The notes below the pieces were generated by a model. That model did not search any database and was not told the origin of the DNA. It saw only the letters and a program-made list of their open reading frames with translations. DNA of 64,000 nt from Tidjanibacter sp. (GTDB taxonomy: Bacteria; Bacteroidota; Bacteroidia; Bacteroidales; Rikenellaceae). A program made the translations under genes and the position numbers. Below, piece by piece: positions 28,152-37,223 of the stretch. Each line of letters starts with the position of its first letter. The first letter of the stretch is position 1. The DNA lies in assembly GCA_045657545.1 (NCBI GenBank), contig JAZOTH010000025.1:50662-114661 (forward strand), in the 5' to 3' direction.

Positions 28152-29069
28152 ATGGCACAGCAATCAACCTCCTCCAACACCTTCCTGCCACACCTCGCGC
28201 TCGTGGGGTGTAACCTCCTGTGGGCGGTGGATTATCCGCTCTACCACATACTCCTTCCACGTTACCTTTCACCCGTGTTGCTGCTTTCGGCAGCACTTAC
28301 GGCTACCGCACTCCTTGCTCTGATTCCGGCAATTAAGGGAGGGGTACAACGCATTGAACACAAGGATATTCCGACGCTTATTGGTGCGGCTCTGCTTTTG
28401 GGTGTCATTCATAAGGGTACACTGATGTTGGGGCTTTCGCGCACCTCGCCCGTGGATGGCTCGATAATTAACACGGTGGGGCCGCTTGTGGTTCTTCTCT
28501 TGTCGGTCTTGATGGGTGTGGATAGGCTTACACGCACGAAGGTTGTAGGACTGATTGTGGGCCTTTCGGGTGCTGTGGCGATAATTCTTATGGACAACCA
28601 CACCTCTTCTGCCGTTGCTACTATGGAGGGGAATCTGTTTGTTGTCTGTGCGGTGGTGGCGACGGCTTGCTATACGGTTTTCCTCAAACGGATGCTCGCC
28701 AAATACAATGTGGCGACTGTGCTGTTGTGGGTATATGTGATTGCCGCAGTTATTGTATTACCGTTTGGTATTTCGGATTTGGTGAAGAGTGATTTTGCGG
28801 GGTGGAATCGTGAAGCAACGGTAGCTTTTATCGTGATTATGTGCTTTTTGACCTATCTGCCAAATTTTCTCTACAACTACGCTCTGCGCCACATCAAACC
28901 CTTCCAAACAAGCATTTTCTCCTATCTGCAACCTGTGGCAGCAATTGTGTTGTCTGTGGCTATGAGGTTGGATAAGGTGAGGCTCGAAACACTCCTGTTT
29001 GCGTTGTTGGTCTTTGCGGGTATTGGTATAGTCCTATGGTCATACCGCCCCACAAAGGGGGCTTCCTAA
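28152..29069 (+). CDS. DMT-superfamily (EamA-like) transporter
   Basis: About 305 aa from MAQQSTSS, with ten hydrophobic segments in two EamA-like halves. The track's N-terminal 78 codons overlap lepA and its terminator and were discarded. Confidence 0.7.
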   Translation: MAQQSTSSNTFLPHLALVGCNLLWAVDYPLYHILLPRYLSPVLLLSAALTATALLALIPAIKGGVQRIEHKDIPTLIGAALLLGVIHKGTLMLGLSRTSPVDGSIINTVGPLVVLLLSVLMGVDRLTRTKVVGLIVGLSGAVAIILMDNHTSSAVATMEGNLFVVCAVVATACYTVFLKRMLAKYNVATVLLWVYVIAAVIVLPFGISDLVKSDFAGWNREATVAFIVIMCFLTYLPNFLYNYALRHIKPFQTSIFSYLQPVAAIVLSVAMRLDKVRLETLLFALLVFAGIGIVLWSYRPTKGAS

Positions 29070-29428
29070 TGGGCATTTGGAACCTTGAAGATAACAACGA
29101 GCGAACCAACGATTCCGGCAACTCCCACAACTAAGTCGGCTATTGCGTTGGGGATGAGGAATATAATGGAGCAAGCAACCATTGTGAGCATAAGGAGTAC
29201 AACGAAGACTTTTGATTTAGTGCGCATTCCGCCACGCTTCTCGTAGTCGCGGATGTAGCCCCCGAGCCTCGACTCCAACAACCACACTTGAAGGCGTGGC
29301 GAGGAGCGATAGAGTAGCCACGAGGCGGCCAAAAGGAATGGGGTAGTGGGTAGCCCAGGTGTGACCACGCCCAGAGCACCCAAACCAATGCAGATTATGC
29401 CGAGAATTAATAGTAGGTATCGTTTCAT
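29066..29428 (-). CDS. YbaN-family (DUF454) small inner-membrane protein
   Basis: 120 aa from MKRYLLLILGIICIGLGALGVVTPGLPTTPFLLAASWLLYRSSPR. Its ATG overlaps the TGA of the upstream helicase gene (ATGA). Confidence 0.6.
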   Translation of the reverse strand: MKRYLLLILGIICIGLGALGVVTPGLPTTPFLLAASWLLYRSSPRLQVWLLESRLGGYIRDYEKRGGMRTKSKVFVVLLMLTMVACSIIFLIPNAIADLVVGVAGIVGSLVVIFKVPNAH

Positions 29429-32400
29429 ACAACCTGCTCGATACGTTCCATTGAGATATACCACAGATAGCCACTCACTTTCGTGTAACCCATCTTTTTC
29501 AGTAGGTCGGCATAGAGTTCCACTTGTCGATGATGAGATGCGGGGGTGTTGATTCCGAACTTGTAATCGACAATTACAGCCTCCTTGTCTCTTGTCATCA
29601 CTCTGTCGGGTCGCCACGAGCGACCACGATAGATTATATCCCTTTCGCCGAAAACACCATCCCAAGTGCCGTCAAACCAACTTGCCACAACCTCATTTTC
29701 CATCATTGTGTCGATTTTATCGCTCACAGCGACAACCTCTTCGGGGGAGATGACTCCATCGGTGGCCAAGAGTGCAAGCCCCTTGTCGATCTCTTCGCGA
29801 GAGGTGGCACGCTCCATTGCACGGTGGAGGATGATACCATAGTCGCGGGGGGCGAGTTGTTCGCCCTTGCTCTCCTCGTCATAGCGTTGGTGGGTATAGC
29901 GCACGGCAATTTTCTCGGCAGGGGAGTGGGTGCCGAAGGTGCTGATGGAGGGTTGGTGTAGGGGCCTCGCCTCGGGGTGGAGTGGCTCGCCCTGCTCATA
30001 GAGGGAGCCCTCGCCCTCCAAGTGGGCCATATTACGCACAATGGCTCCTATGGTTGTGCTGCCCGCGTCGGTGGGTACCATAAGGTGCAACTCCTCTTTT
30101 GCGCGAGTGATGGCAACGTAGAGTGCGTTGAGTGCATCAATGGCCGACATTGTAAGCTCCGTATAGTAGCTGTGCGAAAAGTGGCTCTCGGCCATCGCCT
30201 TGTTGAAGGATGCTGGGAATTTGCGTATGCTCTCAGAGAGGGGGACGTTTGGCTCGGCCCATAGTGTGGAGTTGTTCATCGGCCTTAGGCTCCAACTGCA
30301 ATAGGGAATGATTACGGCTTTGAATCCCAAGCCTTTGGATTTGTGAATCGTGATGATTGTTATGGCATCCGCATCTTGTGGTAGCTGCACTGAGGCTCCG
30401 GAGCCCTTCTCGTCCCACCACTTGATAAATAGCGCGGTGTCGGCAATGCTCCTTGCACAGAAATCTATAATCTGGCTGTGGAGGGCCTGAATGTAGGGTA
30501 TCTCGTTTGTGGAGGAGCAGGTAGGGTAGTGGAGCATAATCTCATTGAATACCTCCTCGGGTTGCAGGGTTGATAGCGAGTAGATGAACTCCTCCTCCTC
30601 GGGCGAGAGAGGCTCCTCGAATGGGCGCGAGAAGTAGTCGTTGTAGAGTGCGCGGGCGAGGCTGTCGTCGGGATTGGTCGCAATCTTCATACAGGCCACC
30701 ACAAAACGCACCGCAGGAGAGGAACTTATGGCAAGTGCCTCTTGGGTTACTACGTCGAAGTTGTAGCGAGGGTTGCGCTCCGGGCTGTTCTTGTGCTCCA
30801 AAATCTCGGCTGCAATCTTGCGGGCCTCACGGTTGGTGCGCACAAGAACTGCAATGTCGCTTGCTCGATAACCTCGGGATTGCAACTCCTCAATGCGTGC
30901 AATGGTGGGGTTGGGGCTCTCCTTCTTGTTGTATGCCAGCACCGTCACATATCCACCCTCGGCGTTGGGCTTAACCTCCTGTTTGTAGTCTTGGTAGGCT
31001 TCGGTAACCATTCCTCCGAGCTCCTTTTCGAGTTTTGGGGTTATGAAACCCTTTTCGCGGGCCTCTTGGAGGTCGCTCGCAATGGAGCCTGTTATGCACT
31101 CCATAGCCTCACGGGTGAGGGCGTTGTTGAACTCCACCACCTCGCGTGTGCTGCGACGGTTGATGGTCAGAGGCTCGCAATGCACCTCCTTGAACTCATC
31201 TTTCACACCACGCGACAGCAGGCTCCAATCGCCACCCCTCCAACGATAGATGGACTGCTTTACATCGCCCACAAGCAATACGGGAGAACCCGCACTCTGT
31301 GAGAGGGCATTGTGGAGCAGGGGTACAAAGTTGCGCCATTGGAGTGTGGAGGTATCCTGAAACTCATCAATCATAAAGTAGTCGTAGCGGTTGCCCGACT
31401 TCTCATATATGAAGGGCGTGTCGTTGCCCGACACAAGGCCTGCAATGAGCTCGCTCACATCCGAGATGGGGAGTATATCCTCCTCGGTGCAGATGTCGTC
31501 AATGCGTGTGCGTAGGTCGGCAAGTAGTGCGAAGTCGCGGTAGTGGGCGACAATGACTTTGCGAGTGTGCTCGGCAACAATAGCGCGTGGATAGAGCTCC
31601 ACCATACGTCGCAGAGTATCTGTAAGTTGGGGCGTAATGGCATCTATACGGGCATTGGCCCCTCCACTCCCGGCCTTGTGCCACTCGCCATTGTGGAGTG
31701 CATTGAGGGCCGCTTTGCTGGGCTTTTCTATGGCACCACCCGCCACCTTTTCGATATAGGTAGCCACACTTCGGCTCGCTCCACCTTTGAAGTCGCCGGC
31801 AGTGAGTGCTTGGGAGTCCATAAGGGAGAGGAATTTTTTGGCCTCGCTGCGATACTCCTTCGCAAGAGCGCGTGCGCGAGCTATAATCTCCGATGTAATC
31901 CTTGCAAGTTCGGGTTTCTCTTTGGAGGAGATGCGCGAGTGTTTGTACTCCTCGTTGAAGAGTTCTTTGCCCAAATCGACAATGGCCCCCTTGATGTTCC
32001 ACGAACTACCGTCGGAGATATTCTCGCCAATGTAGTCCATAATCCAAGCGTAGAGGTCTTTGTCCTCCGCAACCTCATCGAGCATACGGTCGGCAGCGCG
32101 GTCTATGAGCGAGTCGGTTTGGAGTTCGAGATTGAAACCCATCTCTACACCCATCTCCTTCACAAAGGCACGCATCACCCTCTGGAAAAACTTGTCGATG
32201 GTCATCACCGCAAAGTTGTTGTAGTCGTGGAGAATCAGATTGCGGGCTTTGGCTGCGTTGGCTCTCACCTGCTCGAAGTTGTGGCCATCCTCTTTGAGAG
32301 AGCCGTCAAAGTCACTTGGTGAGCCACTTGCCAGAAGGTTGAGTTGGGAGAGGATGCGACTTTTGAGCTCATCGGTGGCCTTGTTGGTGAAGGTTACGGC

Positions 32401-32514
32401 AAGGATATGGCGGTAGTTATAAGGCTCCTCCAAGAGAGTCTTGATGTAGTTGTATGCCAAACGATATGTCTTGCCCGAGCCTGCCGAGGCACTCAAAATA
32501 TCAACTCTGCCCAT
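29425..32514 (-). CDS. AddA-like UvrD/Rep-family helicase with C-terminal PD-(D/E)XK nuclease domain
   Basis: 1029 aa. Walker A SASAGSGKTY, helicase motifs (DEFQDTS, VGDVKQSIYRWRG), and C-terminal RPDRV...IVDYKFG. Confidence 0.8.
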   Translation of the reverse strand: MGRVDILSASAGSGKTYRLAYNYIKTLLEEPYNYRHILAVTFTNKATDELKSRILSQLNLLASGSPSDFDGSLKEDGHNFEQVRANAAKARNLILHDYNNFAVMTIDKFFQRVMRAFVKEMGVEMGFNLELQTDSLIDRAADRMLDEVAEDKDLYAWIMDYIGENISDGSSWNIKGAIVDLGKELFNEEYKHSRISSKEKPELARITSEIIARARALAKEYRSEAKKFLSLMDSQALTAGDFKGGASRSVATYIEKVAGGAIEKPSKAALNALHNGEWHKAGSGGANARIDAITPQLTDTLRRMVELYPRAIVAEHTRKVIVAHYRDFALLADLRTRIDDICTEEDILPISDVSELIAGLVSGNDTPFIYEKSGNRYDYFMIDEFQDTSTLQWRNFVPLLHNALSQSAGSPVLLVGDVKQSIYRWRGGDWSLLSRGVKDEFKEVHCEPLTINRRSTREVVEFNNALTREAMECITGSIASDLQEAREKGFITPKLEKELGGMVTEAYQDYKQEVKPNAEGGYVTVLAYNKKESPNPTIARIEELQSRGYRASDIAVLVRTNREARKIAAEILEHKNSPERNPRYNFDVVTQEALAISSSPAVRFVVACMKIATNPDDSLARALYNDYFSRPFEEPLSPEEEEFIYSLSTLQPEEVFNEIMLHYPTCSSTNEIPYIQALHSQIIDFCARSIADTALFIKWWDEKGSGASVQLPQDADAITIITIHKSKGLGFKAVIIPYCSWSLRPMNNSTLWAEPNVPLSESIRKFPASFNKAMAESHFSHSYYTELTMSAIDALNALYVAITRAKEELHLMVPTDAGSTTIGAIVRNMAHLEGEGSLYEQGEPLHPEARPLHQPSISTFGTHSPAEKIAVRYTHQRYDEESKGEQLAPRDYGIILHRAMERATSREEIDKGLALLATDGVISPEEVVAVSDKIDTMMENEVVASWFDGTWDGVFGERDIIYRGRSWRPDRVMTRDKEAVIVDYKFGINTPASHHRQVELYADLLKKMGYTKVSGYLWYISMERIEQVV

Positions 32515-32594
32515 GGTGGAAAAAAGTCCGTTGAAAATAGTGGTTAAAGGTAGAAATTATTTGAAAATTCTGCAAAAGAATTGTACCTTTGGCT

Positions 32595-35486
32595 ATGCAA
32601 AAATTTTTAGCCGACGTTGCTGCCGACCTCTGGGCGAGGTATGGCGAGAGAGTGGGGGAGTTGAAGGTGATTCTCCCCAATACTCGTACAAGGGTATTCT
32701 TTGTGGATGCACTGTCGAAGATTGCCGATAGGCCCATATGGGCTCCCGAGTATCTCTCGATAGACACCCTTATGGTGTCGCTCGCAGGGTTGGAGAGGGT
32801 AGATAGTATTGTGGCAATCACCACCCTCTACCAAATCTACCGCCAGCACCACTCCGAGGAGAGTTTCGATAGCTTCTATCGTTGGGGGGAGGTGCTGCTG
32901 AACGACTACGATGCGGTGGATAAGTATCTGATAGATGCCCCGATGCTCTTTACCAATATTGCCGACCTGAAAGAGGTCGATGCCGACCTTGTGGCCTACC
33001 TGTCGGAGGAGCAGTTGCAGATGGTTAGGCGTTTTTGGCGAGAGTTCGATGCGGAGCGCAAATCCTCGGTGCATAAAGATAGATTCCTCTCGATTTGGCG
33101 CACTCTGCTCCCTGTCTATAACAAATTCCGCGAGGTGTTAGCCCAGCAGGGAGTTGGTTATACGGGTATGATTTACCGCCAAGCGGCCGAAAGGTTGCGT
33201 GTGGGTGAGGTGGAGATGCCCGAGGGTAGGTATGTTGTCGTGGGTTTCAATGCCCTCTCGGCTGCCGAAAAAGTCCTCTTCGACCACCTGAAAAATGCCC
33301 ACGAGGCGGAGTTCTATTGGGATTACGATGAATATTATCTGTGTGATGAAAAGCAGGAGGCGGGTTTGTTTATAAGGGAGAACCTGCGTCGCTACCCGAT
33401 GCCTGCAACTTTCTCTCTCGAAAGCCACTTTGCAGAGCCCAAGGAGATGAATGTAATCTCCACAGCTTCTTCCTCGCTCCAATGTAAATATGTGGGGGAG
33501 TTTGTGGAGGATATTGTGAAAAATGGTGGTGTTATAGACCGCAATACGGCCATTGTGCTGACCGATGAGAGCCTCCTCTCGCCACTGCTGTATTCTCTTC
33601 CCGATAGTGTGGGAAAGGTCAATATTACAATGGGTTATCCATTGCGTGCAACGCTGGCGTATAGCTTTGCGGAGCGTTTGCTTGGGCTCCAACTGCGTGC
33701 AAGGCGCACCCGTGCGGGGGTTAGATCGTTCTACTACTCCGACGTGGAGGGCCTGCTCTCGCACCCATTTGTTGTGGCGTGTGAAAAGGAGCCGAGTGTG
33801 AAGCTACGCAGGGAGATTCTCTCACAAGGCAGAATCTATGTTAAGGGCGAGAGGCTTGTTGGTCAGAGTCCGCTGTTGGATGAGATTTTCACCCACCACG
33901 AGGAGTGGAACTCGCTCAAAGAGTATCTGCTGGGTGTGTTGGCAAAGGTCGCAAAGGTGGAGATTGCCCACGAAAGCCCCGAGCGCAGAGCTCTCAATCG
34001 CGAGTGCTTCGGGCTGATTGATGAGGCTGTGCGTAAGGTGGATAACTCGCTTCAAAAGTGCGAGGTGGAGATGAAACTTACAACCTATGTGGCACTCCTG
34101 AAACGTGTGTTGCAAGGGGTGAGGATTCCGTATAGCGGTGAGCCTCTGAGCGGTGTGCAGGTGATGGGTATCTTGGAGACACGCAACCTCGACTTTGAGA
34201 ATGTGATTCTGCTCTCGATGAACGACGACAATTTCCCCTCGGGACGTATTACCGACACCTCATTCATCCCCTACAATCTGCGCTATGCCTATGGTATGCC
34301 CACACCTCGTCACAATGAGGGTGTCTATGCCTACTATTTCTATCGCCTGATTCAGAGGGCCCGGAGAGTGGATATGGTCTATTGCTCGGTGGCAGATGAG
34401 AAATCCACGGGCGAGCAGAGCCGCTATATCTACCAACTCGACTACGAGAGTCCTCACTCAATCCACCGCGTCGAGAAGAGTCTCAATGTGGGACTTGCTG
34501 AGGAGAAAAATATTGTGGTCGAAAAGAGGGGTGATGTGTGGCGTAAGTTGCAGAACTATCTTGTGGGCGCAGAGGAGTCGGCACTGCGTCGGTTGTCGCC
34601 CTCGACCTTCAATAACTATATGGAGTGTTCGCTGAAATTCTACTTCAAGGCTATTGCGGGCATCCGTACCGATGAAGAGATTGAGGAGGGTGTGGATAAC
34701 GCGCTCTTCGGAACGATTTTCCACAAGGCGATGCAACTTCTCTATGAGCCAATGGTAGAGCACAATGTAGCCCCCAAAGAGTATCTGCCAACCCTCACTC
34801 CCGAGATGATTCATAGGGCTGTGGTGAGGGCCATTACGGAGGAGTATTTCGCAAGGGAGGAGGTGCCCGAAGAGGAGTATGGCGGTAATCTTTTGGTGGT
34901 GAGAGATACGGTGGAGAAGTATATCACAACCTGCCTTTTGCCATTCGATAGTGCTCCCGAGAGGGATGATTTTCGCGTCTATCGCCTGGAACACCCAATG
35001 GAGGCCGACTTTGAGTTTGGAGAGGGTAGGAGTGTGCGGTTCTTTGGCTACTCCGACCGCATAGACAGGATGCCCGATGGCTCATTGCGCATTGTGGACT
35101 ACAAGACCGGCTCGCTGCATAAGGATTTTGCGGGTCTCGAAAAGCTCCTTTCGCGTCTGCCCGAGGGACGCAATGGTGCGGTTATGCAGACGCTCATCTA
35201 CTCGATGGTGGCCGAGAGAATGCAGCAGCGTGGCGAGTTGGAGGGTGTGGGGGTTGCCCCCTCGCTCTACTATGTCCGCTATTTGGGTAAGGAGGAGTAC
35301 TCACCTCTGTTGAACGATACGAGTTTGGGGCGTGAGGTGACAACCTACGATGACTACCGCGAGGAGTTCGAGAGAGGGCTTGCAGAGAATCTCGGTGAAC
35401 TATTCAACCCCGAGGTGCCATTCACTGCCACCGAAGATACAAAGGTTTGTGAGTGGTGTGACTTTGCGAAGATTTGCCGTAGATAG
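32595..35486 (+). CDS. AddB-like PD-(D/E)XK nuclease-family protein with C-terminal Fe-S-type cysteines
   Basis: About 963 aa. C-terminal RIDRMPDGSLRIVDYKTG and CEWCDFAKIC. No Walker A at the N-terminus. The ATG at 32595 was chosen because the track start at 32589 is a TTG. Confidence 0.7.
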   Translation: MQKFLADVAADLWARYGERVGELKVILPNTRTRVFFVDALSKIADRPIWAPEYLSIDTLMVSLAGLERVDSIVAITTLYQIYRQHHSEESFDSFYRWGEVLLNDYDAVDKYLIDAPMLFTNIADLKEVDADLVAYLSEEQLQMVRRFWREFDAERKSSVHKDRFLSIWRTLLPVYNKFREVLAQQGVGYTGMIYRQAAERLRVGEVEMPEGRYVVVGFNALSAAEKVLFDHLKNAHEAEFYWDYDEYYLCDEKQEAGLFIRENLRRYPMPATFSLESHFAEPKEMNVISTASSSLQCKYVGEFVEDIVKNGGVIDRNTAIVLTDESLLSPLLYSLPDSVGKVNITMGYPLRATLAYSFAERLLGLQLRARRTRAGVRSFYYSDVEGLLSHPFVVACEKEPSVKLRREILSQGRIYVKGERLVGQSPLLDEIFTHHEEWNSLKEYLLGVLAKVAKVEIAHESPERRALNRECFGLIDEAVRKVDNSLQKCEVEMKLTTYVALLKRVLQGVRIPYSGEPLSGVQVMGILETRNLDFENVILLSMNDDNFPSGRITDTSFIPYNLRYAYGMPTPRHNEGVYAYYFYRLIQRARRVDMVYCSVADEKSTGEQSRYIYQLDYESPHSIHRVEKSLNVGLAEEKNIVVEKRGDVWRKLQNYLVGAEESALRRLSPSTFNNYMECSLKFYFKAIAGIRTDEEIEEGVDNALFGTIFHKAMQLLYEPMVEHNVAPKEYLPTLTPEMIHRAVVRAITEEYFAREEVPEEEYGGNLLVVRDTVEKYITTCLLPFDSAPERDDFRVYRLEHPMEADFEFGEGRSVRFFGYSDRIDRMPDGSLRIVDYKTGSLHKDFAGLEKLLSRLPEGRNGAVMQTLIYSMVAERMQQRGELEGVGVAPSLYYVRYLGKEEYSPLLNDTSLGREVTTYDDYREEFERGLAENLGELFNPEVPFTATEDTKVCEWCDFAKICRR

Positions 35487-35503
35487 GGTGACTCTATATG
35501 CAC

Positions 35504-35533
35504 AAATAGCCCCGCCATTTGGCGGGGCTATTT
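35504..35533. terminator. bidirectional terminator hairpin between the addB-like gene and glnA
   Basis: AAATAGCCCCGCC attt GGCGGGGCTATTT, a 13-bp perfect stem. Confidence 0.7.
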
Positions 35534-35552
35534 GTGTTGAAGTATCACTTTA

Positions 35553-37058
35553 TTATCCTACATTGATAAATTTCTCTACCAGAGCCTTAATCAGCTCGGG
35601 GTTGCCATTCATCTCCTCGCGTAGGTTCTTGTCGTTGTGGGCGCGGAGTGTCTTAATCCAGCCATCAATGAGGGTGGTGCCAAATACACCCTTCGACTCG
35701 AAAATCTCGCGTTTGGCCTCCAATGCATCGGCCGACACAGCGCACGAATCGGGCAGGTGGGCAAGCCTTTCGGCAATAGCCTTGTGCTCCTCGTGGAAGA
35801 TATTGACACCCACATAACGCTCCTCGGCGTAGGCAACGGGATTCTCCATCTCGAAGCCGTGGCGTGCGGCTGCAACCAAGCCCGCAAGCAGGAGGTAGAT
35901 ATCTGCCGAACCGTCGGGACAGCGGAATTCAACGGTCTGTTTGTCGGTAGCCTCCTTAACCTCGAAGTGGTCGGCAGGGTTGGCATCCCTAATCATCTCG
36001 CCTGCACCACTTGTCCAACCCAGAGGTACGCGCACGAGTACCGAGCGGTTCCTATCGCCCCAACAGATGTTGGTGGGAGCCTCCTGATGGGGAACAAGTC
36101 GGAGGTATGATGTGGGGTTGGTGTTGCCAAAGGCGGTCAGAGCGTCTGCCGAGTCCAATATACCTGCAATTACGGTCTTGGCAACATCGCTTAGCTTGCC
36201 ATCTTTGAGGTACATATTCTCTCCATTCTTAACCACTTTGGTGTGGATGTGCAGACCGCTACCGGCCTTGCCCACAGTGATTTTGGGTGCAAAGGTCAGC
36301 AGTACGCCATAGCGGTAGGAAATCTCGCGGAGAATCCACTTGGCAACCAAGAGTTGGTCGGCAGCCTCCTCGACATCTACGGGCAGGAACTCAATCTCGT
36401 TCTGCTCATACATCTTACCATCAACAGCAAAGTTGCCCACCTCGCTGTGGCCATATTTGATTTTGCCACCCGCAGCAGCAATCGCCTGCATAGCCTCGCG
36501 ACGCATATCGCCCCACTTGCAGAATGGGCCGCTCTCGTGGTAACCCCTCTGGTCGGGAGTGATGTAGAGGTCGTCAATGTCGCTCACAACGTAGTACTCC
36601 AACTCGCCCATAGCGTGGAACTCCATACCGGTGAGCTTCTTGAACTCGTTGTGTGCGCGGTGGAGGGCTTGGTCGGGGGCAGCTGCAAAGGGCTTGCCGT
36701 CTTTGTCGTAGTAGCCACAAAGAATATCGAGGGTGGGAATCTCGCTGAAAGGATTCACAAAAGCGGTGCGATAGCGGGGCACGACGTAGAGGTCGCTTGC
36801 GCCTGCCTGCACATAGTTGGGGAAGAGGCTCGAACCATCAACCCTCTCACCATAGGTGAGGATTGTGTCGAGATAGTCGAGGTCGTTGATGATGAAGTTG
36901 AGCGATTTGAGTCTGCCGTCTGCTGCCGCATAGCGGAAATTGACCATCTCAATGCCATTCTCAACGATGAATCGAATGATGTCGGCTTTGGTGAACTCTC
37001 TGGGCTCCTTTTGGAGGAACTTTACGAGCGGATTGGGGTGAATTGCGTATTTGTCCAT
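35553..37058 (-). CDS. glnA: glutamine synthetase (about 500-aa GlnA-family form)
   Basis: 501 aa with an N-terminal beta-grasp region (VNFRYAAADGRLKSL) and a catalytic domain (GSGLHIHTK, NRSVLVRVP). Confidence 0.85.
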   Translation of the reverse strand: MDKYAIHPNPLVKFLQKEPREFTKADIIRFIVENGIEMVNFRYAAADGRLKSLNFIINDLDYLDTILTYGERVDGSSLFPNYVQAGASDLYVVPRYRTAFVNPFSEIPTLDILCGYYDKDGKPFAAAPDQALHRAHNEFKKLTGMEFHAMGELEYYVVSDIDDLYITPDQRGYHESGPFCKWGDMRREAMQAIAAAGGKIKYGHSEVGNFAVDGKMYEQNEIEFLPVDVEEAADQLLVAKWILREISYRYGVLLTFAPKITVGKAGSGLHIHTKVVKNGENMYLKDGKLSDVAKTVIAGILDSADALTAFGNTNPTSYLRLVPHQEAPTNICWGDRNRSVLVRVPLGWTSGAGEMIRDANPADHFEVKEATDKQTVEFRCPDGSADIYLLLAGLVAAARHGFEMENPVAYAEERYVGVNIFHEEHKAIAERLAHLPDSCAVSADALEAKREIFESKGVFGTTLIDGWIKTLRAHNDKNLREEMNGNPELIKALVEKFINVG

Positions 37059-37157
37059 AGTTTGGTTTTGTTATTTAGTTTTTAGGTTTATTACTTTTAG
37101 ACGAACAAAGATACAAATTTTAATTCGAATTGTGTTTCAAAAAAACGCAATTTAATA

Positions 37158-37189
37158 GTTGTAAAATCACTCCCTATGTGTTAATTTTG
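37158..37189 (+). promoter_or_regulatory. candidate promoter of lipoprotein A (-7 TAatTTTG)
   Basis: TAATTTTG at 37182-37189, with GTTG ending 20 nt upstream. Confidence 0.4.
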
Positions 37190-37223
37190 TGGTATTAATG
37201 AGATTTTAATCAAATTTAGACTT

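Noticed and set aside
29066-29069. 4-nt convergent overlap of the DMT transporter and ybaN-like stop codons.
   Set aside because: The overlap is real, but it is a trivial consequence of compact convergent genes. No hairpin or regulatory feature is associated with it.
29429-29665. N-terminal 79 codons of the track ORF 29066-29665.
   Set aside because: This stretch overlaps the 3' end of the helicase gene in another frame. The YbaN-like membrane protein starts at MKRYLLL (29428) with an ATGA coupling.
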